Virus record (IMG/VR): IMGVR_UViG_3300045988_144737
Strand: one strand, 5' to 3'
Source: a virus
Length of the DNA: 64,000 bases
The translations under genes were made by a program, and so were the position numbers. This document shows positions 26,568-35,225 of the stretch, one piece after another. The first letter of the stretch is position 1, and each line of letters opens with the position of its first letter. Below the pieces are notes generated by a model. The model worked only from the letters and a program-made list of their open reading frames with translations. It was not told the origin of the DNA and did not search any database.

Positions 26568-26865
26568 TCTCCTCCACTTCGGTATTGCTGTATAAAATAT
26601 CCATATTATTACATTTTGATAGCTTTATATCTTTAACAAAGCTAGATGTCTCAAGTTTTAAAAATCCTCTTTCTTTGGTGGTTAGTTCGCTTGAATTTTG
26701 TTTTACTTCAAGAATATTATGAGATTTTCTTAAAATCTTATCTAACCCACATTCTTCATTTTCATAATTTTTATATTGTTGTGGTGTCATTGTCACTTCA
26801 ATAACCCTAGGCACTTCATAAGTTTCAATGATATTCAACTTTACCTTTACTTCATTTCTTTTCAT
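26554..26865 (-). CDS. Hypothetical protein
   Basis: 103-aa ORF in the operon. Confidence 0.6.
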   Translation of the reverse strand: MKRNEVKVKLNIIETYEVPRVIEVTMTPQQYKNYENEECGLDKILRKSHNILEVKQNSSELTTKERGFLKLETSSFVKDIKLSKCNNMDILYSNTEVEEIEYE

Positions 26866-26984
26866 TTTTATTCCCTCGTTCCATGTTTATTGTTTTATAT
26901 TTTAATATCTTCTTCAATTATTAGATTGAGTAATTCATTCCACCAATATTCAACCCATTCTTCCCAATCTTGTTCGCTCATATT

Positions 26985-27272
26985 TTATTTTCCTAATTTT
27001 TCTAATTTTGGTAAATTTTCATTTAAGATATTATACCACGCTCTATTAATTTCTACCAATTCTTTAATCGCTTGATGAATATCCATATCTTTATCTCGAA
27101 CACAAATCCTTTGTAAGTATCGAACAACACATTCTAATACGCCACAAATCTCAGCATGATAGCCAATGACCTCAAACATCTCTTCTCCCTTTTTGTTTAA
27201 GCCAATATATCTTTTTGCTACATATCCATATTTATCAGCATCAATAACAATATTATCTTGTAGTTTAATCAT
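26985..27272 (-). CDS. Hypothetical protein
   Basis: 95-aa ORF with an AAGGAAGG RBS. Confidence 0.6.
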   Translation of the reverse strand: MIKLQDNIVIDADKYGYVAKRYIGLNKKGEEMFEVIGYHAEICGVLECVVRYLQRICVRDKDMDIHQAIKELVEINRAWYNILNENLPKLEKLGK

Positions 27273-27291
27273 TTTTATTCACCTTCCTTAA

Positions 27292-27852
27292 TTAATATTT
27301 ATCATCTTGTCTTTTGTGATTAATTTTATTTTTCTTTAGATACATATTATAAATCTCATCCCATGTAAATCCAACAACAATTCCTAGTTCAAATAGTTTT
27401 TGTACTCTCACTATTCCATAAGCGTCCAAAATAATAATCATCATGTCAAAGTAGTCACATCGATACGTATGTGAAAGATATTCACTTTGAACCGCATCAT
27501 AACATTTACAATATTCTTTGCATCGATATAATCCCTTTTCTTCCACAATGGCTAAACTCATTGCGAAATGTAAACAATCGACATATTCTTCTAGCGCTTT
27601 TTCATAATCATCTTTGGCGCTCTTTTTCCAATATTTAAACTTTGTTGGTATTTCATTCATGAACTCTCCCAACTCTACAAATAACGCCATTAGAACTTCT
27701 CTATAGTGATATTTATCACCATTCAAAATACGTTCATCTAATTCTTTTTGTTTTTCAAACATATTTCCTAATTGTTCTTTTTGTTTAATTAAAGCTTCTT
27801 CGATTAACTCTTGTTTAAATTCTTGCAACGTTTTGTTTTCACGTAACATCAT
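27292..27852 (-). CDS. Dimeric (all-alpha) dUTPase family protein
   Basis: ..LMALFVELGEFMNEIPTKFKYWKK...EEYVDCLHFAMSL.. matches the dimeric dUTPase pattern (ElgE.aNe..fKyW ... EyvD.lHF.lS). Confidence 0.6.
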   Translation of the reverse strand: MMLRENKTLQEFKQELIEEALIKQKEQLGNMFEKQKELDERILNGDKYHYREVLMALFVELGEFMNEIPTKFKYWKKSAKDDYEKALEEYVDCLHFAMSLAIVEEKGLYRCKEYCKCYDAVQSEYLSHTYRCDYFDMMIIILDAYGIVRVQKLFELGIVVGFTWDEIYNMYLKKNKINHKRQDDKY

Positions 27853-27980
27853 TGCTCATCATCCTCTTTTCTTGTGTAATTCTCATCATTCTTAACTCTA
27901 TCTTCAAAGTTTATCAACCAAAATAATTCAAGCGTCCAAAATATACCTAAGCCAAATAGAATTGTTTTTATAATTTCCAT
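27849..27980 (-). CDS. Small membrane protein (43 aa)
   Basis: MEIIKTILFGLGIFWTLELFWLI.. Its stop overlaps the dUTPase ATG (ATGATG coupling). Below the track cutoff. Confidence 0.4.
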   Translation of the reverse strand: MEIIKTILFGLGIFWTLELFWLINFEDRVKNDENYTRKEDDEQ

Positions 27981-27989
27981 ATCTAACAC

Positions 27990-28265
27990 CTACTTATTAT
28001 TAACGTATTTTTGAATTTGCTCAAATTGCTCTTGTGTCAACACAAATTCGCCAACAATATCATTACAACAAATAACATCGTTGTCATTAATTAAGTTCCA
28101 TTGTGTTGGTAACACTAAGAAACATTCACGACAACCATCAATATCCTTAAATGTTAATATCTCTTTGTCGCTAAGTTGTTTCAACCAATTAGGGTACTCA
28201 TTGTATGTACTGTTTTTATTATAAATAAAATATTTAAAAGTAAATTCATTAATTGTAAGTTCCAT
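27990..28265 (-). CDS. Hypothetical protein
   Basis: 91-aa ORF with an AAGGAGG RBS. First gene after the promoter at 28297-28325. Confidence 0.6.
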   Translation of the reverse strand: MELTINEFTFKYFIYNKNSTYNEYPNWLKQLSDKEILTFKDIDGCRECFLVLPTQWNLINDNDVICCNDIVGEFVLTQEQFEQIQKYVNNK

Positions 28266-28296
28266 CTTTTTCGTTCCTCCTTTATCTTACAAATAC

Positions 28297-28325
28297 ATAA
28301 TACCACCATTATAAATATATGTCAA
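28297..28325 (-). promoter_or_regulatory. Sigma-A-type promoter
   Basis: (-) sense TTGACA (28325-28320), 17 nt, then TATTAT (28302-28297). Confidence 0.6.
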
Positions 28326-28470
28326 TTATAAAATAAATGTTTTTTTAATAATTATTTAAAGTCAATATAAGGCTATGTGGCGCTTGTTTTAGTTTTGGGT
28401 ATTGTTTATGGTGTTAAATGCAAACGCCTTACCACAACTCCATATTGGCTTTGTGGTGTTTGATATGACA

Positions 28471-28498
28471 TAAAAAAGAACGATATTTATATCGTTCT
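28471..28498 (-). terminator. Rho-independent terminator
   Basis: (-) sense AGAACGAT pairs with ATCGTTCT (28498-28491 and 28484-28477), followed by T6 (28477-28472). Sits directly at the stop of the 28497 gene. Confidence 0.75.
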
Positions 28499-28685
28499 AT
28501 ATAGTACCATAATAAGAATAGATTCTAAAAATATTTCTTTTGACAATAAGTGGTTCGCCAAAAGACTCAAACACTATAATTCGTGATATTCCTTTTTGAC
28601 CAATAACTTTACCTTGATAATAATATCCATTGTGTTTAATGACTACTCTCTCATTATTAGCAAATTTTTTGTTCAATAATTTCAT
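28497..28685 (-). CDS. Small hypothetical protein
   Basis: Start taken at MKLLNKKF (28685), after an AAGGAG RBS. Confidence 0.55.
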   Translation of the reverse strand: MKLLNKKFANNERVVIKHNGYYYQGKVIGQKGISRIIVFESFGEPLIVKRNIFRIYSYYGTI

Positions 28686-28833
28686 AGTTGTTCTCACTCC
28701 TTTTCTTTGCAATGTTTTTAGCCCAATAATATACTTTTAATTCTTGTTGGCTTGGATGGTAAAAACCACTCTCTATCCCAATAATTAAAAACTTAAGTTC
28801 TTCTTGGGATAATTTAATTTCGTTGTTATTCAT
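28657..28833 (-). CDS. Small hypothetical protein (58 aa)
   Basis: The ATG overlaps the nrdG stop (ATGAATAA). Fills the 28713-28825 gap. Below the track cutoff. Confidence 0.4.
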   Translation of the reverse strand: MNNNEIKLSQEELKFLIIGIESGFYHPSQQELKVYYWAKNIAKKRSENNYEIIEQKIC

Positions 28834-29377
28834 CATATAATATTACCTTCTTTTGTGCAAGACTTTGTTGAACTGATATTACTCGTTGATTTTTTGACCC
28901 TCTCCATTTTAAAGTCAAATCTTTTTCTTTTGCTACAAATCGCCCATCAACAAGAATATCAATGTTTTCTAAGATTTTGCGAAGTCTTTGTTGGCAATGC
29001 CAACCTGAACTATAAGTTTCACAATCTCGTGCCATTATATCCACAAGTTCTTCCCAAGTGTACCCCGACCATAGCCAAATGCTTTTTTTAGGAAAATCCC
29101 CTTTGAACCATGTGGTCAACAACCAAGTTGCTAATATGTTTCTTGGGTGCAATGGTTCTCCTCCTAACACACTAATACCTGCAATGTGTTTGTTTATTGT
29201 TGGTTTAATTTCATTCTCATAAACTTCTTTGGTAAATGGTTTGCCAACATTAAAATCTTGAATATCTTTGTTGAAACATCCATGACAAGCGAATTCACAA
29301 CCTGAAAAGAAAATGCTTGTACGAATTCCTTCGCCATTTTCTATTGAGAAGTTCTTAATCTTAACATAATTACTCAT
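28826..29377 (-). CDS. nrdG: Anaerobic ribonucleotide reductase activating protein (radical SAM)
   Basis: N-terminal ..GEGIRTSIFFSGCEFACHGCFN.. carries the CxxxCxxC cluster and the typical NrdG context. About 180 aa. Confidence 0.85.
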   Translation of the reverse strand: MSNYVKIKNFSIENGEGIRTSIFFSGCEFACHGCFNKDIQDFNVGKPFTKEVYENEIKPTINKHIAGISVLGGEPLHPRNILATWLLTTWFKGDFPKKSIWLWSGYTWEELVDIMARDCETYSSGWHCQQRLRKILENIDILVDGRFVAKEKDLTLKWRGSKNQRVISVQQSLAQKKVILYDE

Positions 29378-29678
29378 ATAATCCCCACCCCATCACAACT
29401 TGTTCGTAAACCATTTGTGACAAATCATCTATGGTATCAATTGATTTAATATATTTTTGTTCTAAATCTAATTTTTCCATTTCTAAGACATCGTAGTCAT
29501 GACATAGCTTTTGATATTTTTTCAACAAATTAAAACAATTAATAATCAAAGCATAGAAATGGTCAAACTCATAATCATTTTGGTTGTATGGAGAACCATC
29601 TTTTTTAACAAAAGATTTAAGAATCTCCAAATATTCTTCCTTTTCTAAAAATTCATCTTCATGCACATTAATCGCCAT
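29370..29678 (-). CDS. Hypothetical protein (tandem paralog of 29668-30003)
   Basis: Shares ..Y.KL..DYD(V/I)LEM.. with the upstream neighbour. Confidence 0.6.
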   Translation of the reverse strand: MAINVHEDEFLEKEEYLEILKSFVKKDGSPYNQNDYEFDHFYALIINCFNLLKKYQKLCHDYDVLEMEKLDLEQKYIKSIDTIDDLSQMVYEQVVMGWGLYE

Positions 29679-30003
29679 CCTTTACTTTGTGTATTTCATT
29701 GTACATACACTCAATTTCGATTCTTAATTCTTTGTTTTCTTTTCTTAATTTTAAACATTCATTCACCTTTTGGTCAAGCCTATGCTCCATATTATGAACT
29801 TGCATTTCTAATATATCATAATCAATAAGCAATTTATCATAAGCATCAACTAAATTTCTCAAACATTCAAAATCGAAACCACCAATAGCATAAACTTGAC
29901 CATCAATAAATTCTTCTCCTTTAGCGTCAGCTTCTAATCGTCTCAACGTTTCCATATAATCATCGTGAGAAAGTATAATATTTTCTTTAAGTTCTTCGCA
30001 CAT
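29668..30003 (-). CDS. Hypothetical protein (tandem paralog)
   Basis: Contains ..AYDKLLIDYDILEMQVHNMEHRL.. Confidence 0.6.
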   Translation of the reverse strand: MCEELKENIILSHDDYMETLRRLEADAKGEEFIDGQVYAIGGFDFECLRNLVDAYDKLLIDYDILEMQVHNMEHRLDQKVNECLKLRKENKELRIEIECMYNEIHKVKDGD

Positions 30004-30005
30004 AT

Positions 30006-30728
30006 TTAATGACCTCCAATCATATTAGCGCATTGCACTGGAAAGAAACGGTTTTCTTCGAATTTAATATTTAATTTTTTTATTTTTTCCAAATTCCAAA
30101 TCCCCAAACAAGTAAAGTATTTAACCCTAACGCCCGTAGTTATAAAAGGTCTAACAACGTACAAACATTCTTTTGCTACATTATCCCAAACCCACATATT
30201 AGGCTTTAACTCTTCGAATTTGTATGGTTTGTATGGTTTGTTTAAATAAATATTTTGCAATTCCTTTTCATTTTTAACTCCAAAATGTTTACACAAATTT
30301 CTTATTGTCATTTTCATACAATGTGTTTCAAAACGATAGTCGTGAACATCGTCTAAAATCTTAGAATATTTTCCTTTTAGTTTAGTATTTGCATCAATGC
30401 AGTTTTTTAATTGCTCATCACAAACACCCCAATTATGATACAACATATTAATATAGTCTATTAATTCTTTCTTAGTTAGATTTTTTAAAGTATTGTCACT
30501 ATGTAGCTCAAAGTGCTTAAATTCCGATGTATTTTCTTTTGGTTTAAAATGTTCATTGATTAACTCTTTAAACATGTTTAATGCTAAATCTAATTCACAT
30601 CCATGTTGTTGTTTTAGCCTCTTATTATAGGCAATACAACAGTTACAATCATCAACCTCATTGCAACCACAACTTGTAAATATATCGATTAAATCAAAAG
30701 CTTCTTCATACTCTCTTTTAGTTTTCAT
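30006..30728 (-). CDS. Hypothetical protein, 'ENRF(Y/F)P' paralog family
   Basis: C-terminus MWVWD..FEENRFFPVQCANM. Cys-rich N-terminus (CGC..C.CC). Confidence 0.65.
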   Translation of the reverse strand: MKTKREYEEAFDLIDIFTSCGCNEVDDCNCCIAYNKRLKQQHGCELDLALNMFKELINEHFKPKENTSEFKHFELHSDNTLKNLTKKELIDYINMLYHNWGVCDEQLKNCIDANTKLKGKYSKILDDVHDYRFETHCMKMTIRNLCKHFGVKNEKELQNIYLNKPYKPYKFEELKPNMWVWDNVAKECLYVVRPFITTGVRVKYFTCLGIWNLEKIKKLNIKFEENRFFPVQCANMIGGH

Positions 30729-31066
30729 CGTTCCATCGTCTCAACTTTCTCAACTATATCTACAATCGCTTCATTATAACCCTTATTCATTGAAAAATCT
30801 AAAACATCACTAAATAATGCTGGCAATTCTTCTTCGAAAAATTCTTTATAATCATAAATTTCATATACAAGAGTTTTATGATATCCGCAATAATTACTTT
30901 TGGGGCTTGGAGAACTAATAGCAATATAATTTTCTTTAAATACCATATCATGAGAGTTAAATCCTCTCGTCATACTTTCAACATATGCTTGTGCTAATTC
31001 TTCCAAGTTAACAAACTCTACCCCATCAGTTCCTTCTAATAATTCTATGTCCTTATCTTTCATCAT
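30725..31066 (-). CDS. Hypothetical protein
   Basis: Start taken at MMKDKD (31066), which overlaps the upstream stop. Confidence 0.55.
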   Translation of the reverse strand: MMKDKDIELLEGTDGVEFVNLEELAQAYVESMTRGFNSHDMVFKENYIAISSPSPKSNYCGYHKTLVYEIYDYKEFFEEELPALFSDVLDFSMNKGYNEAIVDIVEKVETMER

Positions 31067-31469
31067 TTTTAAACGCCCACTCCTTCCAACTATCATCCCA
31101 CGCATCGGTTTCGCATTTGTTTACCCCAAATGGATAGGCGTGCGTTAATTGTTTACACGCTTTATCTAATGCTTGTTCACATTTATCATATTTTTCAACT
31201 AAATCATAATACTTATAAATCAAATTTTCAAAAGCATCGTAAATAGCAGGACAAGTCTTTACACTATAGTTCAAATGCGTTAAATAATCTTCTTTGCTCC
31301 ATTCATTTGTATCAACTATATCATTTATTGAAATTTTTCTTGTGCCACCATCTCCATCGCCTATGTAAAGACCTGGCTTTTCGCCATTTGTAGCATATCT
31401 AATTGGAATGTTATGTTCTTCACATAATTTAAACAATAATTCGTAATTAATCTTTTTCATTTCTATCAC
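31053..31469 (-). CDS. Hypothetical protein, 'ALDKACK' paralog family
   Basis: Contains ..CEQALDKACKQL..WKEWAFKNDER. Confidence 0.6.
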   Translation of the reverse strand: MIEMKKINYELLFKLCEEHNIPIRYATNGEKPGLYIGDGDGGTRKISINDIVDTNEWSKEDYLTHLNYSVKTCPAIYDAFENLIYKYYDLVEKYDKCEQALDKACKQLTHAYPFGVNKCETDAWDDSWKEWAFKNDER

Positions 31470-31711
31470 CCTTTCAACGCCCGAAATCTACCATTTTCAA
31501 ATCTAATTCCACCATAAACACCTCTAAGGTGTATAAGTTGACAAGAATAGTATACATTAACAATCTCCACAATACGCCTTAACCTACGGTCATATACTAT
31601 CATACCTTTTCTAAGTTCGTCAAGTTTGTATGAATGTGCATAATATATAACATTATCTAAAACACCTACATCAAACAAATTTACCCCTCCTCTATTAATC
31701 TTTACTGCCAA
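31466..31711 (-). CDS. Hypothetical protein, short 'ENRF' family member
   Basis: Contains ..GMIVYD..IRFENGRF.. Confidence 0.55.
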   Translation of the reverse strand: MAVKINRGGVNLFDVGVLDNVIYYAHSYKLDELRKGMIVYDRRLRRIVEIVNVYYSCQLIHLRGVYGGIRFENGRFRALKG

Positions 31712-31841
31712 GGAATATTAATGCTGTTGCATATAGAACAAGCCAAATCAAAGCAATTTTAATCGCATGGTAAAATATGAACACTCCAAGCCATGCAAGC
31801 AATAAACAAATTATTAATTGAACTATTTTATTTTTATTCAT
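31695..31841 (-). CDS. Small membrane protein (48 aa)
   Basis: Start at MNKNKIVQLIICLLLAWLGVFIF.. Two predicted TM helices. Confidence 0.5.
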   Translation of the reverse strand: MNKNKIVQLIICLLLAWLGVFIFYHAIKIALIWLVLYATALIFLGSKD

Positions 31842-31843
31842 TA

Positions 31844-32011
31844 TTATTTCCTCAACGTGAATAAACAACCGCCCAAAGCACAAATATAAATAACAATATT
31901 CATGATTGCTAAACATACATTCCCTTTGATGATGGCATTGGCTATATTACATAGCGAAGTAATAATCGCTAATAAAAAACAAATAAGTTGAAACATTTTT
32001 GATTTTTCCAT
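31844..32011 (-). CDS. Small membrane protein (55 aa)
   Basis: MEKSKMFQLICFLLAIITSLC..IMNIVIYICALGGCLF. The ATG overlaps the upstream stop (TAATG). Below the track cutoff. Confidence 0.45.
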   Translation of the reverse strand: MEKSKMFQLICFLLAIITSLCNIANAIIKGNVCLAIMNIVIYICALGGCLFTLRK

Positions 32012-32604
32012 TATTGTACCTCCTCAAACATATTGATATATACTTTTTCGCCATCAATGTTAATTTCTCGTGGTTGGTATCTCGACAATTCGTTACTTAT
32101 CTCTACTATATCATCAAAACCAATAAACGAACTTTTTTTATGTAAAACATCAAGGCATTTTTCTACATAAGAATAACTATTTTTGCCACCTCTAAAATAT
32201 ACATATTTGTTATTTTCATAAGTATCAATCAAAACACGATATATTCCTTGTCGCAAGCTAAGAATTTTGTACTTTACAATGTAATAAATATCCTTATTTT
32301 CTTTAGTGTAATCACTTGGAACAAATATTATTAAAGCAAGAATATTTTTATTAATAGCTATCAATGTACCTCCGCCATGAAAATCATTTAATTCTTTTAA
32401 TGCGTTTTTGTCAACGTTTGCACCAAAACAAGCACCGCCAATTTTATAACCAAGACAATCATGACATTTTTTGTTAAGAATATCATTAACATCATCAACA
32501 TTATAAACCAACTCATGACCCAACAACGAATAATACGTACCAAACATCATTTCTTGATAGAATAGAAATTGTTCATATCCGTCAAGACTGTAATAAATTT
32601 TCAT
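32011..32604 (-). CDS. Hypothetical protein
   Basis: 197-aa ORF with an AAGGAGG RBS. Confidence 0.65.
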   Translation of the reverse strand: MKIYYSLDGYEQFLFYQEMMFGTYYSLLGHELVYNVDDVNDILNKKCHDCLGYKIGGACFGANVDKNALKELNDFHGGGTLIAINKNILALIIFVPSDYTKENKDIYYIVKYKILSLRQGIYRVLIDTYENNKYVYFRGGKNSYSYVEKCLDVLHKKSSFIGFDDIVEISNELSRYQPREINIDGEKVYINMFEEVQ

Positions 32605-32687
32605 TTTTAAATCCTCCTTTTATATCTTATAACACTATTTTATACTAAGTTAATAATATTGTCAATATGTATTTGATTATATTTTGT

Positions 32688-32719
32688 AAAAAAATAAGGG
32701 ATATTAATCCCTTATTTTA
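32688..32719. terminator. Bidirectional rho-independent terminator
   Basis: ATAAGGGAT (32694-32702) pairs with ATCCCTTAT (32707-32715). Flanked by A6 upstream and T4 downstream. Confidence 0.8.
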
Positions 32720-32740
32720 GTTAATACATTATTTCTTACC

Positions 32741-32968
32741 TCATTTTTTCTTTGTTTCATTTTCTTTTGGAAGTCCTTCGTTTTCTAACAACGCTCTTTT
32801 CGATAATTCCTCTTTTGCCAATCTCAATGCCTCGGTTAAAGTTTGAACACGATTATCTAGGAATTCGCAAACACCTTGAATTTTAATAATATTTTCTCTT
32901 AATTGATTATTTTCTTTTTGGAGTAATTCATTCAAACTTCTTGTATCTAAATCTTCGCTTTCACTCAT
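32741..32968 (-). CDS. Small coiled-coil protein
   Basis: 75-aa ORF with a GGAGG RBS. Confidence 0.6.
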   Translation of the reverse strand: MSESEDLDTRSLNELLQKENNQLRENIIKIQGVCEFLDNRVQTLTEALRLAKEELSKRALLENEGLPKENETKKK

Positions 32969-32981
32969 ACTATTTCCTCCT

Positions 32982-34262
32982 TTAATCCATTCCTAAATGA
33001 TAAACCCTATCATGAATATCGTTTGCTCTCCCATCGTTAAATGGGTTTGTACTAATGTATCCGCACACTCTAAGAGCGATATTCATTTTATTAAAATCAT
33101 CATTTCCACATTGAGGACAATGAAACTTAAAATCATCTTCCATTTTTATATCCGTACAACCGCAAATATGACAATAGCTTGTAGTTGTATTTATCTCAGC
33201 ATACATAATTGTTCCATAAATATGCTTTAACACCTCTATTATAGCATCGATGTTATTAGTCATATTAGGTGTTTCAATATAACTAATTGCTCCGCCCGAA
33301 CTCAATTCTTGAAATTCACTTTCTATAGTGAGTTTACTAAAAGCATCGATTTTTTCGCTTGGTGTTACATGATAAGAATTTGTTACATATTTTTTATCAG
33401 TAATCCCATCAATTATACCAAATCTTTGTTGCAAACATTTAGCAAATTTATAAGTTGTCGATTCAATTGGACTACCATAAACGGAAAACCCAATATTAGT
33501 TTGTTCTTTCCAACGTTCGCAAGCATCATTTAACGCCTTCATTACTTTTAAACCAAAGACTTTTCCCTCGAATTGGGTGTGCGATTGATTGGTCATATAT
33601 TTTACACATTCATATAATCCAGCATAACCCAAAGAGATTGTTGAATACCCACCATATAATAAATCATCAATGACATCTCCCTCTTTTAGGCGAGCATACG
33701 CCCCATGTTGCCATAAGATAGGAGCAACATCAGATTTTACCCCTTTTAAACTATTGTGTCTAACCATAAGTGCTCGATAACACAACTCTAATCTTTCATC
33801 TAATATTTTCCAAAACTTGTTAAAATCGCCTTCGCTAGATAGTGCCACATCAGGAAGATTTATGGTTACAACACCTTGATTAAATCTTCCGTAATATTTT
33901 GGTTTTCCTTCACTATCATAATAGGGAGACAAAGCGCTTCTACATCCCATTACAGGAAAAACGCTACCCTCTTTTAGCTTTTTCATTATCTTGGCTGAAA
34001 TATAATCAGGCACTAGTCTTTTGGAACTACACTCAGCTGCCAATTTTGTCAAATAATAAAACTCACTATCCTCATGAATATTATTTTCGTCTAAGACAAA
34101 AATTAATTTAGGAAACGCAATAGTGATTGGTTTTCCTTGAATGTTTTTGACACCCTCTATTCTTTGCTTTAATACCTCTTCGATAATTAATGCCAAATCT
34201 TTTTTTGTTTGATTATCATCAACTTCGTTTAAATACATAAACATTGTTGTGAACGGTGATTG
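32982..34262 (-). CDS. nrdD: Anaerobic ribonucleoside-triphosphate reductase, exon 2
   Basis: Zinc ribbon CHICGC..CPQCG and the glycyl-radical motif ALRVCGYIS. The frame is open upstream of the listed Met back to 34262 (QSPFTTMFMYL..). Confidence 0.85.
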   Translation of the reverse strand, partial: QSPFTTMFMYLNEVDDNQTKKDLALIIEEVLKQRIEGVKNIQGKPITIAFPKLIFVLDENNIHEDSEFYYLTKLAAECSSKRLVPDYISAKIMKKLKEGSVFPVMGCRSALSPYYDSEGKPKYYGRFNQGVVTINLPDVALSSEGDFNKFWKILDERLELCYRALMVRHNSLKGVKSDVAPILWQHGAYARLKEGDVIDDLLYGGYSTISLGYAGLYECVKYMTNQSHTQFEGKVFGLKVMKALNDACERWKEQTNIGFSVYGSPIESTTYKFAKCLQQRFGIIDGITDKKYVTNSYHVTPSEKIDAFSKLTIESEFQELSSGGAISYIETPNMTNNIDAIIEVLKHIYGTIMYAEINTTTSYCHICGCTDIKMEDDFKFHCPQCGNDDFNKMNIALRVCGYISTNPFNDGRANDIHDRVYHLGMD

Positions 34263-35225
34263 CGTGTCCGTTCTACACGTAGACTATCTCTTTACCATGC
34301 CACTATTATCTCAACAATGGTTTAGGTAGATGGCGCTTCCAAACAAGGAGTTTCACCTTGAATGTACGGATTTCATAAGCATATCCAATGACTTAGCTCG
34401 TATATCCTAGTCGTTACACCTTCAAAAAGGTTTCCCTTAATGCTTGGCACGATATTACCTACAATAAATATTTATATTTATCTAATACTTTTTCTATCAA
34501 TTGTTTGTTTTTAATAATTGTAGTTTTCTTTGGTTTTATAGGTTTGCCATCATTATCAACATACCTAAATACAAAACCACCTGTACTACCTCTTTTTCCT
34601 CTCGCAACAGCACACACGTGTGAAAAACACAAGTCAAGCTCTTTCGACGCTAACATTGCAGACTCATAAACTATATCGGTTGTTAGTTCTAAAATTCTTT
34701 TTGACGTAGAATTTAAATCTCCAACCTTTCCCCACATATGATTTAGTTCGCCCATTTGAGATAATGCAATTTTTTGCTTTGTTTCTTCTTTGTGCAAACC
34801 ACCTTTTCCACCAGGCTTAATATTATATCCATTGTTTATCGAGTCATAAAATGATATATAATACTTCTCTAATTCATCTAGTGTTTCTTGGTTGTTTATA
34901 TTGTGTTCTATTGTTTCAAATTTAAAATTTTCAAAACCATATTTACGCATTGCTTTTATAATAGGTCTTACACCTTTGCTTCTATATTTAACATCATCAC
35001 TATATTGCTTTATCCTTTGCTCTAAAGTCTTATGAGATTGACCTATATATATTTTTCCATTAGCAATGTTTGTGATTTTATATATAATAATTTTACATCA
35101 CCCCTTATTAAAGATATAAAATTATTGCAGGTTTCATCGTTAGCCAACATATTGTTGACACCCTAGATTTCTAGGTTCACCATCTTATGCTCCATAATGT
35201 TTCCACTATGGACAGCCAATTCTTA
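34263..35225 (-). mobile_element. Group I intron in nrdD carrying a GIY-YIG HEG
   Basis: Exon 1 ends ..AAT GGT directly before TAA. The (-) sense guide ATTG-GCTGT (35220-35212) gives ATTG pairing with the exon-2 start CAAT (P10) and GCTGT pairing with the exon-1 end ATGGT (P1, wobble-rich). nt 34263 is G in (-) sense. Confidence 0.65.
34459..35091 (-). CDS. GIY-YIG homing endonuclease (intron-encoded)
   Basis: In-frame upstream of the listed Met: (I)IIYKITNIANGKIYIGQS..YG.ENF..E..YI..GYN. No ATG/GTG/TTG lies before the GIY motif. ATT at 35091 sits 6 nt after GGGGTGA. Confidence 0.8.
   Translation of the reverse strand: MIIYKITNIANGKIYIGQSHKTLEQRIKQYSDDVKYRSKGVRPIIKAMRKYGFENFKFETIEHNINNQETLDELEKYYISFYDSINNGYNIKPGGKGGLHKEETKQKIALSQMGELNHMWGKVGDLNSTSKRILELTTDIVYESAMLASKELDLCFSHVCAVARGKRGSTGGFVFRYVDNDGKPIKPKKTTIIKNKQLIEKVLDKYKYLL

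Noticed and set aside
26895-26981. 28-codon ORF (MSEQDWEEWVEYWWNELLNLIIEEDIKI) in the gap between 26865 and 26985.
   Set aside because: It has only a weak RBS and is very short. It could be real, but the evidence is insufficient to annotate it.
34245-35222. Intein as the explanation for the split nrdD and dnaE genes.
   Set aside because: The intervening sequences carry in-frame stop codons right at the exon ends. Their endonuclease ORFs are free-standing, with their own RBS, in other frames. Guide-sequence pairings typical of group I introns are present.
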